Made by a program: the position numbers and the translations under genes | Assembly: GCF_001194135.2 (NCBI RefSeq) | Contig: NC_068981.1 | Coordinates: forward strand, 120,101,303-120,160,539 | Direction: 5' to 3' | Source: Octopus bimaculoides | Lineage: Eukaryota | DNA length: 59,237 nucleotides | Part shown: positions 25,813 through 37,137 of the stretch, piece by piece | How positions within the stretch are numbered: position 1 is the stretch's first letter | Layout: every line of letters begins with the position of its first letter | Notes under the pieces: generated by a model | What the model saw: the letters and a program-made list of their open reading frames with translations, nothing else | What the model was told of the DNA's origin: nothing | Database searches by the model: none

Positions 25813-25924
25813 ATGCTTACAGCACCTAGGTTTCCTAAGCAATCACTCATCTAACTAGTATCGACATTGCTTAACTTCAGTGATCAGAGGAGAACCAGTA
25901 CTTTCAATGTAATATGGATGTAAG
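25813..25924 (-). pseudogene. 5S rRNA pseudogene (or 5S-derived SINE head)
   Basis: Minus strand reads ...CCATATTACATTGAAAGTACTGGTTCTCCTCTGATCACTGAAGTTAAGCAATGTCG...GATGAGTGATTGCTTAGGAAACCTAGGTGCTGTAAGCAT, colinear with metazoan 5S. It shows CpG decay and a deletion in the internal control region. Confidence 0.85.
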
Positions 25925-25997
25925 TGTGTATATCCATATGCACTTATTTTTAATCAGGTAAACCAAAAAAGAATGACTGAAAATAAAGTTATTTTAG

Positions 25998-26361
25998 TAA
26001 AGAGTATTGAATGGTACAACAATGCACTATAATACAAAAAATGGACTATATACTTGTTGTAATTTAGTTATCTATAGTCCGATGATATTTCAGAATACAA
26101 TTCCTTCTTCAGATTTTCTTAGATGGAGTCTCTGCTATAAACTGTTTACTAATGGCTTTTTTTTTCTTTTTTCCGGAAAAAAAAAAAAAGAAAAGCCGTT
26201 AGTAAACAGTTTATAGCAGAGACTCCATCTAAGAAAATCTGAAGAAGGAATTGTATTCTGAAATATCATCGGACTATAGATAACTAAATTACAACAAGTA
26301 TATAGTCCATTTTTTGTATTGTAGTGCATTGTTGTACCATTCAAAACTTTTTACTCTTTAC
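25998..26361. repeat. Long spacerless near-perfect palindrome (~170-bp arms) centred on CCGG at 26173-26176
   Basis: 26008-26174 is the reverse complement of 26175-26344 apart from 2 substitutions and T/A-tract length. It extends by GTAAAGAGTA/TACTCTTTAC across a 7-bp indel. The ORF track shows the same peptide on both strands. Confidence 0.97.
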
Positions 26362-26838
26362 AAACAATACACAATGTTTCAAGCAAACTACAATACTCTC
26401 TTAAAGATATTTTAGATGAAAACAAGAAAGAAATCTCAACTTGAATCTTCAATAATTTCAAATAATTTAACGTAATATTAGAAAACACTAAAAACAGACC
26501 CTAAAAATATAGCAAGAGCAAGTAAAAGGCTATCATTACACTACTTATTTGGTAACAGCTGTATATAAACATCCCAGGTTATTCTGTGAAGCAACAGTCT
26601 TGCCTAGAAGGCAATTTCCTTGTTGAACCTCCGCTGATAACTGCTAGCATGCTCTTATAAACTGACTTATGATCATCTTAATCGTTTTAAGCTGATCTCA
26701 TACTTTCAGCTCAATCTCATTTATAACATCTGTATGGCCTAGTGTTTTAGTCACATGTATCTTCTCTTCTTAGCTGAAGTGAAAGGAGGAATAGATTTTC
26801 AAATTACGAACAGTTTAGTAATGAATTCAGAAAATACA

Positions 26839-26918
<80 letters not shown>

Positions 26919-27149
26919 TCCTGGCCTAATTCTTCGAAACGCTTTGTTTAGAATAGGGGCAGCTGATGAAGGAAATATTCTCTATGTGGCCTGTTTGTTT
27001 TCTGTGCTCTGTTTATGTTTTGTTTTTCATTTTGCCCATGTTTTTTTGTGACGTCCTGTACCCAGATATGCATCTATATATACATGTAGATGTAAGTTTG
27101 TACATACATGTACATCTATATGCATATACTCACATGTTATTTGTATTAT

Positions 27150-27222
<73 letters not shown>

Positions 27223-27403
27223 CATACATACATACAAACATGTACATATATATATACATAATATACACAAGCATGACCACAGCCACATACCTGAAATGAG
27301 TAAAAGAAAAAGTATGTATATATATACGCATATATTTGCATGTAAGTATATGTCTATATATATATATGTGTATGTACATGTGTGTGTGTGTGTGCATGCA
27401 TAC

Positions 27404-27474
<71 letters not shown>

Positions 27475-27699
27475 GGACTTTTTCTGCAGCAGAAGGTCTT
27501 CTCACCTTTGAGTGTGCTTGAGTATGTTAAATATGATTTTACAGGGATATATTTATTTAATGTTGTTTCGTGAAACTCTGTTTAATTATAGCTTGACCAA
27601 ACTTTATGCATATCAGCAAACATACTGTATAAGAACAAATTTGTTATCAGTCTGTGAATGACGGATTTTACATTCATAGAAGATGTTAAAGAATGCAGA

Positions 27700-28065
27700 G
27701 GCATATGTCCAAAGATCCAATGACATCATTCACAGCCCAATGTGTTTTGATATATGTTGTGTAGGAGGAGAATTTTCTCCTGGAATTATTTCCATAATTC
27801 TGAATAGCTGCAAAGCAAAGGGAGTGCCTAACAGAGAGAAAATTACATAGATAGCAAATTGTTGGACCAAGTTATAAAGCTCATAGAAAAATCTGAAACA
27901 GAGTCAACCTAGATGAGATGCACTTTAGCATTATACTTAGCAGAGGTGCCACAATTGCAATCATTCTACTGAGACAACTGCAAGAAAAATATTTAGCTTA
28001 AAGTAAGTCACTATTTCTGGCGTTCACTGACTTGGAGAAGGCTTTGAAGAGGTGCCTCACTCAGT
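27700..28065 (+). mobile_element. RTE-clade LINE RT fragment, decayed
   Basis: ...LLDQVIK...LDEMHFS...RGATIAIILLRQLQEKYLA.SKSLFLAFTDLEKA. Confidence 0.8.
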
Positions 28066-29339
28066 AACTTCTGTTACTTTCTCTATTACCATCCTTTCGC
28101 AATTATAAATCTGTTCCTCTCAGCATACAAAGCTCTTTTTCCTTATTCTCCTCTTCAGAATCAGTGAACTGTCTCTCTTCTATTCTCCTTCAGTTATAGG
28201 GGACACTTTAAGCCCTTAGTCTTGCAAAATAGATTGCAACCTCATTAGTGACAGTGCCACACAAAAAAAAAAAAAATGAGGAAAAAGGAAAAAAAAACCC
28301 CCCAAAGCATTCAATATACTCTGTAATGTGAATAGTATCAAGAAGGTCATTCAGCTTTTGAAATCATAACAAAAATGGCATGTACAAGTGAGACGCAGTT
28401 CCCCAATGAATCAGATGGGAAGAAACTCAGAATCAAAATGTGATGACCCATCCAATTCATGCCAGTGCATGCATGCGTGCGTGTGTGCTCGCGTGCACAC
28501 AAACACACACACACACACATGCGTGTGTGAAATACAGCACCATTGGATTTTTATAAGAAAAGTATATGAACTTCTAGAATTGATATGAAAATTTAATTTA
28601 ATTTATCTAATTGTTTTCCCCGTCTTATTCCAGCATGTAGAAGTCATTTTAAATGACCAAAACTTACATATATTTTCTTTCTAATTGCCATGACAGAGTT
28701 CTCTTAGCATTTTCATCTTATTTTTTCAATGTATATACATGTGTGTATGTGCGTGCTTATGTATATGTGTCTGTGTGTGTTTATGTATATATGTGTGTGT
28801 GTGTGTGTGTGTCTATATATTCATTTAGCACTAGGTCCTTCTTCACTGTTCAGCACATTGAGAGGTTAATAGGTAACTGGCACTCAGAAGTGGGCTCTTT
28901 GAGGCCCTAACTTCCTTTCAGTTTTCATTAGGATCTGTTATAAGTGGCATTTCTCCATCACCTATCTTCTCATGTCTATTGTTCCTCTGAATTTCTCCTG
29001 CCATTTCTTTAGTGATTCCTGATTTTTACAGGGCTAGGTTACTGGCCTGATGCCCAACCCTCCTACATCTTCTTCCATGATGGGTCATCTAAACTCTCTG
29101 CATTCCTAGCTACATACATACATTGCCATAAGTCCCAGAATATTCCCGTACCTTATCCTGGTCAGTAGTTTGTGGAGTTTCCTTGTGCAACACAAACCAC
29201 AATGCTTGTAAGTTGTGTTGCTGGGAATCACCAGCAATTCTTCACCATCATAATACCTCATTAACTCAATAGGTTCTCTCACATAACCTCGTGTAAGTAC
29301 AAGATTTATTCCACTTTTACCCATTATATAAAGCCTTTG

Positions 29340-29900
29340 TGGTTTCTCCTATTTGTGGTTAAGCTCTTATTTATTACTTAACTATGCTAGCAGCATTTTC
29401 TTTCTCCATTCTCTTTTTACCATTCTCCAAATCTCAGCATACCTTTCTCCTCCATTACTCCTGTCACATTCCTTTTGTTCTTTGCTTATCTCTTCCAGTC
29501 TCTCTGTTGGTCAGCTACCATCCCTAACTAATTTATTGCCTGCTTAGTGAGATTCACTTGACCATCAGTGGTGCTCCCTTTCACCACATGGACCTTAACT
29601 TTACCTCCTCTCCTCCTCTCTCTGTTCCTCCTATGTCATAGAATTCCTCCTCTTTCTCCCTGGCTTTTGTTCTTATTCTTCCTCCTCTCTCCCTTCAACC
29701 ATTTAAATCTCTGGCACTATTACATGAAATGCGTTTACTGTCTTTCTCTTGGTGAAGGAAGCTGGAATTATTGTAATATTTCAGTGTGATTGTTTACTGG
29801 CTGCATACCTAAGACATTTTGCGTATTCTATCAGCAAATTAAGAATATTATGATTATTACATAACTCTAAGCTTCCTGAAACAGCTGTCAAGATAAGAAA
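29340..29900 (+). mobile_element. Penelope-like pLTR-type fragment ending in a half hammerhead (GAAACAGCTGTC)
   Basis: Pyrimidine-rich block followed by a segment loosely homologous to the minus strand of 42960-43500. GAAACAGCTGTCAAGA at 29878-29893 matches the 3' half of the intact hammerhead at 30359. Confidence 0.4.
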
Positions 29901-29905
29901 TTATG

Positions 29906-30057
29906 CATTCTCTTCTTAGCATTCTACATTTTTATGCTGTATATAAATATATTTCAATAAATATATATATGTATGTATATACATTCTCTTCTTAGCATTC
30001 TGTATTTTTATGCTCTATATAAATATATTTCAATAAATATATATATGTATGTATATA
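29906..30057. repeat. 76-bp tandem duplication
   Basis: CATTCTCTTCTTAGCATTC...TATGTATGTATATA at 29906 and 29982. Confidence 0.9.
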
Positions 30058-30154
30058 CAGGGTATGGATGGTACTTAAGGATAGATAATATAACAAGATA
30101 TGTTCACGTCTTTTTTCTCTGGATTTTAACCCACATGGATCTATGCAGAATTCC

Positions 30155-30248
30155 ACCTAGGGACTTATGCTTTTGTTTCTACAACATCGGAAAGCTGAAC
30201 TACCTAAGGACTTATGCTGTTCTTTCTACAACATTGGAAAGTTGAACA
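30155..30248. repeat. 47-bp tandem duplication within a PLE-like fragment
   Basis: ACCTA(G/A)GGACTTATGCT...TTTCTACAACAT(C/T)GGAAAG(C/T)TGAAC twice. Confidence 0.85.
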
Positions 30249-30358
30249 ATGAACTTTTATACTTCTTTTTCCTTCTCTCTCTTCATCTCCTTATGTCTTT
30301 ATTCCCTTCCTCCATGTCATTGTCTCATTAATATATACCATTCTTGTTTTCCCTATTT

Positions 30359-30413
30359 GTCTCTGATGATGGAATATCCATATTCGGGGATATCCCAGAA
30401 ACAGCTGTAAGAC
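30359..30413 (+). ncRNA. Minimal type I hammerhead ribozyme (Penelope-like element type)
   Basis: GTCT-CTGATGA-TGGAATATCC-ATATTCGG-GGATATCCCA-GAAA-CAGCTG-TA-AGAC. Stem I GTCT/AGAC, 10-bp stem II with one mismatch, palindromic stem III ACAGCTGT, GUA cleavage triplet (cut after 30409). Confidence 0.85.
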
Positions 30414-30632
30414 TTTGAATTTTTTCTTATAGTAATAATGCATACAACTTGAGATGTTTGTCTTGCCGTAACGTTTGTTGTCCTATTTAACAATTATATA
30501 TCCACTATATTGGAAATCTGCAATGGCTCTATAACTACCATCTCGACTATAACCGTGGAGCCCTAGCACATTACAGCACTTTTCTAGCATACCTAATCAT
30601 TTAGATCACCCGTGAACTAAACCCCCACACCT

Positions 30633-30690
<58 letters not shown>

Positions 30691-30691
<1 letters not shown>

Positions 30692-31440
30692 GAGGTCTGT
30701 TGACATAGTAATGAAGCTAAAGCACGCAGAGTGAAGTCACTTGGCACTGATTGACCTTAAACTCTGCTGTGCATGTCCACTAAGTTTTGATATTGTAGCT
30801 TACATCTGCTGTTTACAGCAGTGCTTTGAAGGAAGGTGAGAAATGTGTGATCATCACATTGACCATGACAGAGAAAGTTGTCATGGTGATACCTGCTCAG
30901 AAGCCTACACAAATTTGCAGAAAGTGTATGGAAAGGAGTGTATGAGTCGCACACAAGTGTACAAGTGGTTCAGAAGTTTCAAAGATAGCCAATAAATGTC
31001 GATATTGACAAATGTTCCGGGAGAACTGCAACCAGCTGAACTAAGAAAAACAGCACAGTGGTCTATGCAGCTATGAAAGGAAATCGTTGAATCACCATTC
31101 GTGAGTTATCAGAGGATATGCAGATTAGGTACAGTCCAATTCAGTGCATTATCAATGAAGATTTGGGTATGAGAAGCATGTCTGCCAAGTTTGAGCTAAA
31201 ACTGCTTTCAGCTAGCCAAAAAGACACTTGGGTTTCAGTTGCGCAAGAGCTCCTTGATTGTGTTGAGAATGATGAAAACTTTTTGGAAACTTTGCATAAA
31301 CCTCTGAGCAGATATCACCAAGCTTTTGGCAAAATTTGATGCAATTTCTCAGCTAAACTTTCACTATCATAGTCAATATGATGATCACATGCTACACACG
31401 TACACCTTCCAAGCACTGCTGTAAACAGCAGAAGTGAATC
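30691..31440 (+). mobile_element. mariner element, internally deleted, inserted in a (TA)n array
   Basis: TA|CGAGGTCTG terminus. Transposase HTH fragments ...QKVYGKECMSRTQVYKWFRSFKD and IQCIINEDLGMRSMSAKFELKLLSASQKDTWVSVAQELLDCVENDENFL. Internal inverted match between ~30805-30837 and ~31405-31437. Confidence 0.88.
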
Positions 31441-32024
31441 TGAGAGGAGGACATGTTGAATAAAATCATAATTAACTGATCCTCCTATATTTTCTTTCGC
31501 CAAAAGCGAGGAACTTTTTAGTACCCGCTCATGTGTGTGTGTGTGAAGTTGAATTATGTTTTCCTGCATCACTACCTCTCTCTCTCATATATATATTATA
31601 TATATATATATATATAAATACATGTGTGTGTGAGCATGAAGTATGTGCCCACATGATTATATATATCAATGTGTATTTAGGCCAAACCTATAGTTGGTTG
31701 CAGCTATTTATAATGTACTTAATTTAATTTGGTCTTGTTGATTATAGTGACAACTATAACAATGTGTATGAAGAGAAGAAAGAAAAGTAGGGTATGACAA
31801 TAATGTGATTGATTATGGGACCAATGACCTTAATGATGGCAATGATACTTATGATGACGATGATGTTGAGGACAACAATAATGGTGATTGCTTTTGCCAA
31901 CTATTTTATATTAATATTAATTTTTTTAATTGGAATGAAAATAACAATAGGGTACCCTTTGTAGTGAACAACTCCTGTTTATTACTCTAATAACATTAAG
32001 ATGGATTTTGTTTACTTGCACTCA

Positions 32025-32235
32025 TCATCATCATTATCATCATCATCATCATCATTTAATGTCCGTGTTCCATGCTAGCATAGGCAGGATGGTACTACAA
32101 GAGCCGGCCAAGTGGAAGCCTGCACCAGACATCTGTGACTGTTTTGGTAGGATTTTTACAGCTGGATGCCCTTCCTAACACCAACCACTTAGCAGAGTGG
32201 ACTTAGTACTTTTTATTTGGCACAAGCACTGGTGA
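32025..32235 (-). mobile_element. RTE-clade LINE 3' tail
   Basis: (CAT)n-TTAATGTCCGTGTTCCATGCTAGCAT...CTGGATGCCCTTCCTAACACCAACCAC. Confidence 0.85.
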
Positions 32236-32564
32236 GAGAGAAAGGGACAAAGGGAGAGCGGGAGAGAGGGAGAGGGAGAGAGAGAGAGAGAGAGAGAGAG
32301 AACACTAAATTTGAAAAATATGATAAATTGAAGTTTGAAAATATGAGTTGCTACAAAATGTTTCAAAGGCTCCTGGCAAATTTTTGGAGCCTGTCAAGTT
32401 GAATATATTGTTTCTCATATATGCTGCTTAAATAAACTGTTGCAATTCAAGGAAAGAAATTTACACGTAAAAAATCTTAATGGACAAAATATATAATATT
32501 GAAGTATACTACAGTAATCCTTCAAATCTTTAAATTGTATTTTAAAAAACTGATAATATATCAT

Positions 32565-32915
32565 AGGCGCAAGCATGGCTGTGTGGTAAGAAGTTTGTTT
32601 TTCAACTGCATGGTTTCAGGTTCTGTCCCACTATGTAACACCTTGGGTAAATACCTTGTGAGTGGATTTGGTAGACAGAAACTAAAAGAACCCATTGTAA
32701 GTGTGTGTGTGTGTGTGTGTCCCACCATCACTTCATAACTGGTGTAGGTATGTATACATTCCTGTAACTTAGCAGTTCAGCAAAAGAGATCAATAGAATA
32801 AGTACCAGGATTTTAAAAAATTAGTACTGGGATTGATTCAGTTGACTAAGATTCTTCAAGGTGGTGCCTAGCATGGCTACAGTCTAATGACTGCAACAAG
32901 TAAAGAATAAAAGGC
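32565..32915 (+). mobile_element. SINE family A, full length with internal deletion
   Basis: ATAGGCGCAAGCATGGCTGTGTGGTAAG...tail CAAGTAAAGAATAAAAG. Confidence 0.88.
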
Positions 32916-33099
32916 AGACAATAATAAAACAAATATAACTTAACTTTTTCTGAGCTTTTCTTGTTTGCATAAAGTCAGTCCAATATTTTTTATTTCCAAG
33001 GTAATCTTTTATCATTATTCATGTTAAGCAAGATATTTATAAATTCTATATAATAATAGGGGCAAGTGTAGTTATAGGTACAAGTGTTATAGATGCAGG

Positions 33100-33242
33100 T
33101 GTGGCTATAGGTGCAGGTGTGACTCTGCGGTAAAAAGTTTGTTCCCAGCCATATGGTTCTGGATTCAGTTCCACTGCATGGAACCTTGGGCAAGTATCTT
33201 CTACTCTAGCTTCAGGCTGACCAAAACATAAAAGATAAAAGA
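33100..33242 (+). mobile_element. SINE family A, internally deleted
   Basis: Head GGTGCAGGTGTGACTCTGCGGTAAAAAG...CCTTGGGCAAGTATC joined directly to an AAAAGAT tail. Confidence 0.7.
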
Positions 33243-34055
33243 TTACTGATCTTGTTTTCTTACTTAGGCATGAGATTACAAATGCATATGCTATAGAAAT
33301 ATGGATGTATGATACTATTCATTCTATTGCAGCACGGGCCTCTTTCAAATTAATTATATCATTCTATGCTAGCAGGGAAAATAGACATAAAATGATGATG
33401 ATGATGGTGGTGGTGGCGACGACGACGACGATGACGACGACAACGACAACGATTTTTGACTAAACACAAAGCCTGTTTTTCTATTGAGATTGGAATATAA
33501 ACAACTGAATTGATCCTAGAATACAACCGGTATGCACTTTATTGAATCTGAAAAGATTAATAAGATTTGATATACGATCCAAAAGAGATTAAATTACAAA
33601 AGATAATACATTTTAATTTGATTGCGTACTATTTAAAACTTCACTACAAATACTGTATCAATAATACATTGATTTATTTGTAGATGACACAATGTTTGAG
33701 AAAAGAAAACAGGATGGTAACAGGTGAACTGCTTTTAATGAGAAGTCTTCTTGCTCAGAACTGACCTACAACTTAATGATACCAGTCAATAATGTTAGTT
33801 TTCTCTGACATGGTGCTATTTAAGGTCATGCTTTTTTTTTTGCTTTTTTGAAATGAAGGATCATCTCAGTATATTACTTGTATATCTTTTATTGAAAAAT
33901 TAAATGCTGAATTGAACTTCAGCAGATTTTGAACTGAAAAGAATGAGAAACTGATTAACATACAATAGAGCAGCTGTATAATATACTGCAGCCAAAGCCA
34001 TCCCAGTCACTTTAACAAAGTCTTTAATACCAAACTGTTAGATACACAAGCTACA

Positions 34056-34769
34056 TATTACTTCTTTGCTTAACTCTTTAGCATTCAGATTACTTTGTCA
34101 AATGTAAAACTTATTTATTCACATTGGTTTGAATTAATCATGCATTACCAAGTGTGGGTATGGCTGTGTGGTAAGAAGCTTGCTTCCCAACCACATGGTT
34201 TCAGGTTCAGTCCCACGGCGTGACACTTTGGACAAGTGTCTTCTACTGTAGCTTTGGGCCAACCAAAGCCTTGTGAGTGGAGTTGGTAGATGGAAACTGA
34301 AAGAAGCCTGTTGTGTGTGTGTGTGTGTGTTTGTGTTTGTCCCCTACCACTGCTTGACGACCGGTGTTGATGTGTTTACATCCCTGTAACTTAGCAGTTT
34401 GGCAAAGAGAGACCACTATTACTTCTTTGCTTAACTCTTTAGAATTGAGATTACTTCGTCAAATGTAAAATTTATTTATTCACATTGGTTTGAATTAATC
34501 ATGCATTACCAGGTGTGGGTATGGCTGTGTGGTAAGAAGATTGCTTCCCATCCACATGGTTCCAGGTTCAGTCCCACGGCGTGGCACCTCGGGCAAGTGT
34601 CTTCTACTATAGCTTTGGGCTAACCAAAGCCTTGTGAGTGGAGTTGGTAGACAGAAACTGAAAGAAGCCTGTTATGTGTGTGTGTGTGTTTGTCCCCCAC
34701 CACTGCTTGATGACCAGTGTTGATGTGTTTACATCCCTGTAACTTAGCAGTTTGGCAAAGAGAGACCAC
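34056..34769 (+). repeat. ~355-bp tandem duplication of (piggyBac-like MITE 5' part + SINE A)
   Basis: Copy 1 at 34056-34416 and copy 2 at 34417-34769, both starting TATTACTTCTTTGCTTAACTCTTTAG and ending GGCAAAGAGAGACCAC. The SINE tail and the MITE 3' part continue to ~35043. Confidence 0.92.
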
Positions 34770-35224
34770 TAGAATAAATACCAGGCTTAAAAAGAGTTCT
34801 GGTGTTGATTTGCTTGACTAAAACCCTTCAAGGTGGGGCCTCAGCATGGCCACAATCAAATACTGAAACAAGTAAATGAATAAAAGAATATCTAATTGCT
34901 TTGATATTTCAATGATATGATTGTTTATTTTTTTCAGAACAATATTGTAGAGTTGGTATGAGAGGCTGGATCTGGCCAGTTTGAACATAAAACAGACAGA
35001 ATATTTTGGCTGGATATGGTTGATCTAAATGTTAAAGGGTCAAAGTGTTTGGTTGGCAGGGTACACTTGACAACTGTGTGACTTTGGGTTCAATCTCCCT
35101 GTGCAGCACCTTTGGTGTGTGCCTTCTATCATAGCCTCTGAACAACCTGGGCCTGAGTAGTGAAATTTAGTAGAAGGAAACAGTGTGAAGCCTATCAAAA
35201 AGGTCACATTTATATTTTAGCCCA

Positions 35225-35600
35225 TCGTAGTACATCCACAGTTTGCATCACCAGTCTGTTACCCCTATCTTTCCCAAAATATCAATCTCCTGAAAACTGC
35301 TCAGAAACACGCAGCCTGATGAATACCTGCTGTCAGGCATCTGTCATACTCTCAATGTCTTACTTCCTTGGGCATAGACATATTAAAACTCTGACATCTG
35401 GCAACTGACTCAGTGGACACTTCCAAGATTATCCACTATCTTTCCAACAACAATCTTGGACACCCTTTTGAATTCCATATATCTAATACTTGTGGACATG
35501 CTTACAAAATCAAAATACAATACAGCACCCATAACTTTCAGAAGATTTTTTCCCTCTTAGAATTGCTGAAGCATGGAATAAACTACCTGAGCACTATATA
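35225..35600 (+). mobile_element. CR1-clade LINE 3' fragment
   Basis: ...FASPV.YP...INLLKTAQKHAA...SGN*LSGHFQ / IIHYLSNNNLGHPFEFHISNTCGHAYKIK...LRIAEAWNKLP, a typical CR1 RT C-terminus. Confidence 0.85.
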
Positions 35601-35634
35601 CAAGTTTATTATTATTATATTATCTGGGATGGCA

Positions 35635-35850
35635 ATGAGCTGGTAGAATAGAATAGTTAGCATGCCGGATGCAATGCTTATCAGCATTTCATCCATCTTT
35701 ATGTTCTGAGTTCAAATTCTGCCAAAGTCAACTTTGCCTTTCATCCTTTTGGAGTTGATAAAATAAGTATCAGTTGAGTACTGGGGTCGATGTAAACGAG
35801 TTACACCCTCCCCTGAAATTACTGGCCTTGTGCCAAAATTTGAAACCATT
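35635..35850 (+). mobile_element. SINE family B
   Basis: GAGCTGGTAGAA...GAGTTCAAATTCTGCC...GGCCTTGTGCCAAAATTTGAAACC. Confidence 0.9.
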
Positions 35851-36109
35851 ATTATATTACTTGGCTTTTGGTTGCCTTTAGCAGTGGCTCTCTGTTGTAA
35901 GCATATAGATCAGCTACCTGATGTGATTATATCTTCCTCCCCTCCTTTCACCAGTCCCTGAAACCCCCAAAAATGTCATAGACACAGCCCTTCTTCCACC
36001 AAATAAGCCTTTAAAAAAAGTTCCTTGCAATATTAAAGATGTGATGGTTTTTAGTAAAATAATTTCCCTAGAGCTATTGGATTGTTTTACACATAGATGT
36101 GAAAAATCT

Positions 36110-36625
36110 GTTTAAATGACATGGCTGTGTGGTCAAGGCACTTGCTTTGCAACCACAAAGTTTCAGGTTCAGTCCCACTGTGCAGTACCTTGGGCAAGTG
36201 TCTTCAACTATAGCCCTGGGTTAATATTTTGTGAGTGAATTTGGTTGACGAAAACTGTGAAGGAGTTTGTTGCATGTGTGTGTGTGTGTGTGTGTGTGTG
36301 TTTGTGTGTGAGTGTGTGTGTCTGTATGTGTATGTGTGTGTGTATGTGTGTATTTGTGTGTGTGTGTGGAAGTGTGTATATGTTTGTGTGTGTGTGTCTT
36401 TGTATTTATGTTGTTTGTCCATCACCACTACTTGATAACTAATGTTGGTTTGCTTATGTCCCCATAACTTAGTGGTTCAGCAAAAAAGACTGATATAATA
36501 AGCACTAAAATTAAAAACAAACAAAAGAAAGTACAGGGATCGATTTGATTGATGAAACACTCCAAGGCAGTGCTCCAGCATTGTTACAGTTCACAGTTCA
36601 ATGACTGAAACAAGTTAAAAAAAAA
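36110..36625 (+). mobile_element. SINE family A, full length with an expanded internal (TG)n
   Basis: CATGGCTGTGTGGTCAAGG...long TG tract...GACTGAAACAAGTTAAAAAA. Confidence 0.88.
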
Positions 36626-37137
36626 AAAAGAAGAAAATGAAAAGGAAAAAGATAAAAGTAAAGTTCACAGCTATTGGAAATTGGATATAAAAATCAGAAA
36701 GAAGTGGAATGTCTGTTTGTCTTCAGTGTTATGAGATGGTGGAAATAAGTTTTATATGTGGACTGTGCTTGGTGACAGCTGGGCAGAATATCAAAATATG
36801 GAAACATGTTGGCGAGTTCTATTTTGATATGAATCAGCAAAATATGGGTGGTGGCTTGAATTGTAAGGTATGTGACAGCACAGGGAAAAGCTGTTTGATG
36901 AGATGTCATAGAAATAAAAAGAAAAACATTCCTTGAATTGTTCAGTAAAATGTAGACAGAGAATAAATAGTAATACAAATAAAAAAAAAACGATTGTTTC
37001 TCATTCAAGTATTTTATGTAGCATATTCATGTACCAACAAAAGATCCTTTACCCAGAAATATCAACCCTGTTCCTTTAGATGATTATTTCACTGTTGTAA
37101 TAAAAAAAAAAGAGCATAGCAAACATATGAAAAGACA

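Noticed and set aside
26237-26272. Hammerhead-like CTGAAGA...GAAATATC in the palindrome arm
   Set aside because: Stem I would have only 2 bp and stem II needs a bulge; the region would be sequestered in the long hairpin.
36727-36867. 141-nt plus-strand exon (CAG|...AAG|GTATGT, open frame)
   Set aside because: GQNIKIWKHVGEFY resembles the RTE ORF2 C-terminal AQ.R..WK..GEA motif, so a LINE remnant is more likely.
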